DNA of 62,684 nt, counting the filler, from Stramenopiles sp. TOSAG23-2 (lineage: Eukaryota), in the NCBI GenBank assembly GCA_900128395.1. It is 24 parts of 24 records of this genome, joined end to end, with 100 filler letters (N's around TTAATTAATTAA, not from the genome) between each part and the next. Parts side by side here need not be neighbours in the genome. Positions count along the whole stretch, not along the records: positions 54,997 to 57,493 come from LT651689.1; positions 57,594 to 60,089 come from LT651690.1; positions 60,190 to 62,684 come from LT651691.1; 21 more parts are not named here. One strand, given 5' to 3'. Both the position numbers and the translations under genes were made by a program. Each line of letters begins with the position of its first letter. Position 1 is the stretch's first letter. Below, in pieces: positions 56,364 to 62,684 of this stretch. The notes under the pieces are model-generated. The model made no database searches. It had not been told where the DNA came from and was given only the letters and a program-made list of their open reading frames with translations.

Positions 56364-57042
56364 CATGTTTGTCATAAAATAAATCTTCACGCTGCTGCAA
56401 TGCAAGGGTTGCACCTTTCAATTTAGCTTCTTTTTCAGCAAATTTACGGGAACGGCTTTCCAACTTCATAACTATCATTTCTTTTTGATGCAATCTCTGC
56501 TCACGATCATCTAATTTCCTTTGCAAATTTGTAGTTTCTAGCAGCTTGTGCTTCAAATGGTATTCTTGTATAACAGCCTTATCCAATTTATCTTGCATCA
56601 TTGTTTTGTCAACCTCAAATTGCTTTTGCGATTCCACAAATTCAATGTTTTGATGTTCCAATTGCTTCTTTCTTGCCTCAATTGATTCTAATTGTGCTTC
56701 AATGGCTTTCTGCGTTAATTGTAAATGCTCTTGTCTGGTTCGAAAGTCATTATCTCTTATGGTTCGATCCTCTTTTAATTTCAATGCTTCCTCCAATTGA
56801 TGCTGAACCTCGCTTTTTAAATAATTGATTTCCTGTTCTCGTTGGGAAAAAACTTTTTCCATTTCTGCGACAGAACTTTCTCTAATTGTTATTTCTCGTT
56901 CTCGCAAGGCTGATTTATTTTTTGCATCTTCATGCAATTTCTTGTACCTTTTATATTTTTCCATTCGTTTCTGTAAATCATTTTCTTTTCTTTCTAATTT
57001 TGCTTCTGTTCCTAATAATTTTTTCTCCCATTGTAGATGATT
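56323..57042 (-). CDS. Long coiled-coil protein fragment (frameshift near 56990; 3' end probably truncated)
   Basis: Continuous E/K/R/Q heptads. The upstream LQWEKKLLGTEAKLEK is in another frame and follows a (TA)n-AG acceptor-like site. Confidence 0.6.
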   Translation of the reverse strand, partial: NHLQWEKKLLGTEAKLERKENDLQKRMEKYKRYKKLHEDAKNKSALREREITIRESSVAEMEKVFSQREQEINYLKSEVQHQLEEALKLKEDRTIRDNDFRTRQEHLQLTQKAIEAQLESIEARKKQLEHQNIEFVESQKQFEVDKTMMQDKLDKAVIQEYHLKHKLLETTNLQRKLDDREQRLHQKEMIVMKLESRSRKFAEKEAKLKGATLALQQREDLFYDKHATLIHYIQYRPSS

Positions 57043-57648
57043 CTATATATATATATATATATATATATGCTATTTTATATATCGTAAACAATAATACTAA
57101 TATTTGTTTTATTGTTCTTTTTCAAATAACAACAGAAAAAAAGAAAGTTTATTTGTGATTGATAACAACATATTAACAAGCAAATCCAGACATATCGATA
57201 TTATAATAGCCGATCAGATGTATACAGTATATTTATTAAATACATAAAAAACATGCAATTTGCACATTTTAATTTATTTTTTTTTTGTTTATTTTTTTTT
57301 GTTTGTACCTGGTATTACCTGGTAATAATAATACAGATTAAGGTAATTTTTAAAAAAATGTGTACCGGCCAGCTTTGCAATTTATCACATGAAATCTAGG
57401 CACGTTTTTTTTTGTTGTGTTTTTGAGAAAGAAGAAGGAAGATTCTTCGGAAAATGTAAGATCAAACAATAGGGTTTGAGAATAAAAAGTCCANNNNNNN
57501 NNNNNNNNNNNNNNNNNNNNNNNNNNNNNNNNNNNNNTTAATTAATTAANNNNNNNNNNNNNNNNNNNNNNNNNNNNNNNNNNNNNNNNNNNNAACATAA
57601 TTATTGGTTGAAAATGCTTTCACAGACAAAATTTACATTCTATTTGTT

Positions 57649-59566
57649 TTGCATATTGCTGGGTTTTCTCGCCGGAGCAAGAGGCATATCATTACAGAGA
57701 ACAGAAAACAAAAATGGTTTATTAACAGCAGGTACGAAACGAATACAACAGCACTTAGAAGCATCTAGAGATTCAATTGCTTCAAAAGACGCTTCGAATA
57801 TGTTTGCTGAGAATACTGTTGCCAAACGAAAGGAGCATGAATGTCTATTGGCAAAAGCAAAAACAATCGTGCCCCTTGCGAATGATCTTATTGAACAGTT
57901 AAAGCCTAGGCTAATTGGTGCGTTAAAAGCAAGAAGTTTCAACATCCCTTTAAAAATGAAAGGCTTGTCTATTCAACCCGTTAAAATTGAACATGTCAAC
58001 TTCAAAAGTGTGAAGATAGAACACAGGGGTAACCGTCTTAAATTGAAGATTAAAGGCCTGTCGTTGCGTATCAAGAAAGTTGGTATTAGACTTAATAGAA
58101 AGTTATTTGGTTTGTTTCTAATGCAAATTAGTGAAAAAGCTAAACATCGAAGGCTGTTTTTGAGAAACAAAAATTCAGCTAGGCTTCGAAAGGGAGGAAA
58201 AAAAAAGAAGAAAGGTGGTATTTTGAAAAAGGTTGGGAAAGCTGTGGGAGGAGCTGCGAAAAAAGTCGGAAAGGGTATAAAAAAGATCGGAAAGGGTATA
58301 AAAAACGTAGGGAAAACGATATTTCATGGTGCAAAGAGTCTGATCACAAATAGGATCAAGTGCAGTGGTTCAGTATGGGGCTCTCTAGGAGACACGGACT
58401 TCGAAACAGATATTTACTTCACAAAGGGCCCGAAAATGGCCTTTAAAGGCACAAGTATATCACTTAGAAAATTGCATATCGACTGGAAGGTCAATGGTAT
58501 TTGTGGGGCTCTTTCTTCTCTGTTTAAAAAAAAAATAGTCGGCATGGTGAAAAGCAAGGTACGCAGCACATTGAATACACAGATCGTAAAGTTAGAAAGT
58601 ATGCTTGCTCAAAAAGTAAATGCACATCCAGCAATAAAGGGTGTCTTGGGAGTTTGCGATCCTGATAAACTTAGTATTTTGCTTGGGGGGCTGTTTAATA
58701 GTCGTGTAATTGGCAACAAATTTGACGTAAAACCATTTGTTCCACAAAAAATACCATCAGTAGATGATAAAGAAGCAAAGTGTTTGATGAAGACGCTCAC
58801 ATCTTTGACTGCGATTGCAAATGTATTTGTGCCACCGCTGAAACCCAAGCTCCTGCAAATTATAAAATCCCAATCTTTTCAACTACCTATTATCTCTGGG
58901 CTGAGTTTGGGCAAGATAAGTTTTAAGAAATTTTATTTCAAATCATTGCAATTTGTCGATAAAGGCAGCCATGTTGATCTTGATTTGAATGCGCTTTCAG
59001 TGAGCATTGACCGCATTAAGGTTCAGGTACGTAAAACCATCAACAAATTTGGCGCATCCTTTAAAATTAACTGTGATGGTTGGGTAGAAGGCGGTGTAAG
59101 TTCCTCAGATATAAATAGTCATTTGTATTTCGGAAAAGGTCCCTTGGTTAAGATAGACAATTCAAATTTAAAATTGGGTGATCTACATTTAAATTTCCGA
59201 ATGAATGGAATTTGTAGCCTCGCAAATGGTATGCTCAGTAGATCCCTTGTCTCGACCAAGCTGAAAGGTTTTGCACAATCCTTTCTGAATTCACAAGTTG
59301 CAAAGATGGAAGATGTAATATCCGATAAAATCAATGACATCCCAAAAATAAAGGCCATACTAGGTCAATGCTCGGCAGTTATGGATGTAATTGAGGAGAT
59401 GACTGTAGGAGAGGTGGAAAAAGAAGATTCTGAGAAGGTAGAAAAGGCTCGTGAAGAGGCGCGCAAAAAGAAACAGGCAGCCGAGAGCCGTGTAAAATTA
59501 GAAGAAAGAAAGAAAGAGGAAGCTGATAAATTAGCAGAACAAATAGAATGTAAATTTTGTCTGTGA
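57649..59566 (+). CDS. Secreted protein with two tandem BPI/LBP (TULIP)-like domains and a cationic amphipathic insert; true start lost
   Basis: Internal duplication (ECLLAKAKTIVPLANDLIEQLKPRL...KCSGSVWG...VNGICG vs KCLMKTLTSLTAIANVFVPPLKPKL...NCDGWVEG...MNGICS), each unit a helix-long beta strands-helix pattern. The first 55 bp of the contig are an inverted copy of 59538-59592. Confidence 0.6.
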
Positions 59567-60191
59567 AAGCATTTTCAACCAATAATTATGTTAATATAGA
59601 AGTGATATGGTTCTACACACATAAACGTCTTTCTTCTTCTTTCTCTCTCTCTCTCTCTCTCTCCTATATGCAATTTTGGCAATTGTATAAGTTTAAGAAG
59701 ACACCAGTAAAATAATATAGTATAATATATATAAGAAAGTTTTAGCTGGTTAGACTACTGGACTATCCCCCCCCCCTTTATTTTACTACGCTCGGACGCT
59801 CGGCACCTCGAATATAATAAAATAGTGTGAACACTCTCCTCTAAAAGTGAGTTTTTTTTTTTTCTACGAACTATCAAACACTACAACTATTTTGTACTTA
59901 TTAATATTTGGATTTGAAAAACAGCGAAAGCTGGAAAGCACACACCTGGCACCGCCTGGCCAGCTGGTGGCACACAGAAAGTAAAAAAAAAAAAGGAAAA
60001 AAAGTGGTGAGAGAAAATCGTACAGTTAAAAAAAACTGGTAAATATGTAAAAGAGAATGAAAAGAAAATGAAAAGAAAGAACAAAAAATNNNNNNNNNNN
60101 NNNNNNNNNNNNNNNNNNNNNNNNNNNNNNNNNTTAATTAATTAANNNNNNNNNNNNNNNNNNNNNNNNNNNNNNNNNNNNNNNNNNNNCA

Positions 60192-60995
60192 GGGAGCAAA
60201 TCACAATTTGAATCAGATCGATTTACACCAACTCCTAAATTATGTATGGAATTTAATGCATGGAAATCTTTAATTGATTCTTCCAATGCAATATCCGAAA
60301 TGTATCATAACAAAACTGGCAGTACATTAACATTAGAACCATTTCGATACGATTTGATCAATTTAGGACAAGAATTATTATCCCAAGTAGCTACACCTAT
60401 GAGTATGAATTTTAGCGATGCGATGAAAGATAGTAAACTTGATGAGACTAAATTGACGGAATATGGTAATTTATATATTGAATTATTAAATGATGTCGAT
60501 AAATTATTAAGTGCAGATCCAGCATTTATGATAGGACCATGGTTAGAAATGGCAAAAAACTTTGCAGATGATGATGATGAACATAATGGAAATAATGATG
60601 ATGATTGTGTTGCAGAAGGATATCCAAAAGTAATTGGTTGCCAACATTTCTATGAATGGAATGCGCGAGTACAATTGACTACTTGGAATCCAACCAATGC
60701 GACGACTAGTAAGATACCAAGTGGTCCAATTGATTATGCAAGTAAACATTGGTCAGGTCTTGTAAAAGATTATTATAGTGAACGAGCAACATTATTATTA
60801 AATCAAGCCTTATCAAATGCAAAAGATAATAAACCATTTACAAAGGAAGAAATGGATTTAGTAAGGGCAAGGTTTGCACATGAATGGACAATTAGTACCA
60901 ATCCATATCCAACAGAACCGTTAGTAAATTATATAGATGTATCAAAAGAAATGCATGGAAAATATGAGAAATATTTCAGTAGTTGTGTAGGTTAG
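60192..60995 (+). CDS. NAGLU: Alpha-N-acetylglucosaminidase (GH89) C-terminal domain; 5' partial
   Basis: FRYDLINLGQELL, FMIGPWLEMAK, YEWNARVQLTTW and DYASKHWSGLVKDYYSER. Confidence 0.92.
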   Translation, partial: GSKSQFESDRFTPTPKLCMEFNAWKSLIDSSNAISEMYHNKTGSTLTLEPFRYDLINLGQELLSQVATPMSMNFSDAMKDSKLDETKLTEYGNLYIELLNDVDKLLSADPAFMIGPWLEMAKNFADDDDEHNGNNDDDCVAEGYPKVIGCQHFYEWNARVQLTTWNPTNATTSKIPSGPIDYASKHWSGLVKDYYSERATLLLNQALSNAKDNKPFTKEEMDLVRARFAHEWTISTNPYPTEPLVNYIDVSKEMHGKYEKYFSSCVG

Positions 60996-61152
60996 TATTT
61001 TGATACGTATAATGTGATATATTATCATTATGATTAAAGTAATGGTCTTGTAAAAAAATGATTTTTCAAGTTAAAGTGGTACGCTTCGTATTTTTTATTA
61101 AAATGTATTATTACCTAACCTCTATTTCGTAAAAAACGCATTTTAAAATATA

Positions 61153-61920
61153 TCATGAAAAATCTAAATTTCCTTTTACAATGATATCAGTACCTTTCAT
61201 TTCCATTGTCATATTTATTAATCTTGGAAAACAATATTCACCTACTTTTACATTTTCAGTATTATCTTTATTACTACTTGTATCAATATATGGTAATAAG
61301 GATTGTACCGACTTGACACCACCAACAAATGTTGGTGCAATTGTTATTATAACTTGTCCAATCGAAAAACCAATATTTTGATCACAATGTAGACGCATGA
61401 AATTTGTAATGACTTGGCCGCCACCTTCTACCATCAATGTATTTATATCATGTGGTTTCTTTTTAATTAGTTTTAATCCATCATCTAAATCAACATGACC
61501 ATCACGACTCTTGGATTTTATACATATACAACCTAATTGAGTTAATTGATTTAATTTTTTATTATTTTCATCATTATTTTCTGCATCGCAACAATATAAT
61601 ATTATTGGTTTAATGCATTTTTCATTTGTTAATAATTTACATGTTGTTGGTATTCTTAGATTTGAATCCAATATGACGGGCTGCGGGCTATTTCCAGGAC
61701 ACATTCGTACAGTTAACGATGGATTATCGGCTAGTAACGTATTGACACCGATTAATATAGCGTTATTTAACGCACGCAATTCATGTGTATATTTCATACT
61801 TTCCATGCCACTTAAACGTAAACGTTTCCCTGCAATACCTGCAATAGAGCCATCAATCGATTGCGCATATGTTAACGTTACATTTGGATATTCATTAATA
61901 TTTGATGATGTCGATGCCAT
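61153..61920 (-). CDS. RibD C-terminal / RIB7-type pyrimidine reductase (riboflavin synthesis)
   Basis: PNVTLTYAQSIDGSIA, THELRA...AILIGVNTLLADNPSLTVR, PVILDS, LMVEGG and IAPTFVGG. Confidence 0.92.
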   Translation of the reverse strand: MASTSSNINEYPNVTLTYAQSIDGSIAGIAGKRLRLSGMESMKYTHELRALNNAILIGVNTLLADNPSLTVRMCPGNSPQPVILDSNLRIPTTCKLLTNEKCIKPIILYCCDAENNDENNKKLNQLTQLGCICIKSKSRDGHVDLDDGLKLIKKKPHDINTLMVEGGGQVITNFMRLHCDQNIGFSIGQVIITIAPTFVGGVKSVQSLLPYIDTSSNKDNTENVKVGEYCFPRLINMTMEMKGTDIIVKGNLDFS

Positions 61921-62031
61921 AATATTTTTTGGTAGTCTCGTCGTTGTTCTTTTTGTTCATGGGTAGATATCTTTGATTTCATTTCGGTGTTTACTCAATC
62001 AATTCTATTTTTCTTGTATGAAAAATCTATG

Positions 62032-62065
<34 letters not shown>

Positions 62066-62684
62066 TAAGGTAAAAAAAACAAACAATANNNNNNNNNNNN
62101 NNNNNNNNNNNNNNNNTTCGGTGTTTACTCAATTAATTCTATTTTTCTTGGTAGAAAAATCTATATTTTTTTATGTGTTGTTTTTTTTTTTATTTTTTAT
62201 TTATTAATTTTAATTAAGGATAAAAAGATTAAAAAATTTAAATCGATTAAATACAGTATATAGGTATAACAATGTACTTTTTATTACAATATGTACATAT
62301 TTTAATTTATACATCATCTTGTTTAATTTTTTTATACTCTTCAAAGGCTTGATCACGTAAAATTTCAGAGGTTTGAGACATGTCATTTAATGAATCATCA
62401 TGGTTGTTGTCGTTTTTCATATTCTTGTTGTTGGTACTGCTGCTGTTATTGTTATTGGTATTATTCACAATTTTGCTAACGTATAGATCCATTTCATTTT
62501 GTTTTGATTTGTTGTTAATATATATAATCGTCTAAATATTATCAAAAATATATATGTGATGTTATTTAAATCACACAACAATTTGTTAAAAAATGGATAT
62601 ATATATATATTTCTATCACATTTATACATGTTACAAAAAAGCTCAACACTCGCAAGTTTGTCCATGTATTAGATCAATAACAAT

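Noticed and set aside
57608-57648. N-terminus MKMLSQTKFTFYLF of the 652-aa ORF
   Set aside because: It derives from an inverted 55-bp copy of the gene's own 3' end.
2540-60189. Regularly spaced TTAATTAATTAA repeats as a CRISPR-like or biological array
   Set aside because: They are N-padded synthetic linkers between size-sorted contigs.
61983-62170. Direct repeat flanking the short N gap
   Set aside because: It looks like scaffold overlap or allelic duplication around a poly-T tract.
1-62684. Operon or gene-cluster interpretation of neighbouring enzymes (e.g. UGT, AspH, PepE, PTE)
   Set aside because: The genes sit on different contigs, and their order reflects contig length only.
1-62684. 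Alternative genetic code, rRNA or tRNA genes
   Set aside because: Conserved proteins read through in the standard code and end at TAA, TAG or TGA. I recognised no rRNA or tRNA by eye; tRNAscan or Infernal would be needed to exclude them.

Overview
This window is not one locus. It is 24 unrelated contigs of about 2.5 kb, sorted by decreasing length (2539 down to 2495 bp) and joined by an artificial 100-bp linker (N44-TTAATTAATTAA-N44), so gene adjacency across linkers is meaningless. The DNA is AT-rich, intron-poor, standard-code nuclear DNA of a unicellular eukaryote, with poly-Asn tracts, (TA)n microsatellites, one clear GT-AG intron, and peroxisomal and mitochondrial targeting signals. A heterotrophic protist single-cell or metagenome assembly is my inference. 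Assembly or amplification artefacts are common: exact 55-bp inverted copies at contig ends, a whole-contig palindrome, and many near-identical tandem duplications. About 35 genes or fragments are recognisable, including ECH1, a kinesin-FHA-C2 protein, cyclin Y, TMEM131, an SLC35A transporter, TRP/PKD channels, asparaginase, a mitochondrial carrier, Sel1, UGT, AspH, PepE, DUF924, PTE, NAGLU and RibD-C. The standout is one uninterrupted ORF fusing an organelle-type ribosomal protein uL16 to the complex I assembly factor NDUFAF5 through a presequence-like linker with an MPP-type site, a candidate mitochondrial tandem polyprotein created by gene transfer to the nucleus. Also notable: a two-domain BPI/LBP-like protein carrying an antimicrobial-peptide-like insert, a dispersed family of probable retroelement 3' ends, and recurrent CCWGG (upstream) and TACG/CGTA (downstream) intergenic motifs. 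All family calls come from motif recognition only; no searches were run.
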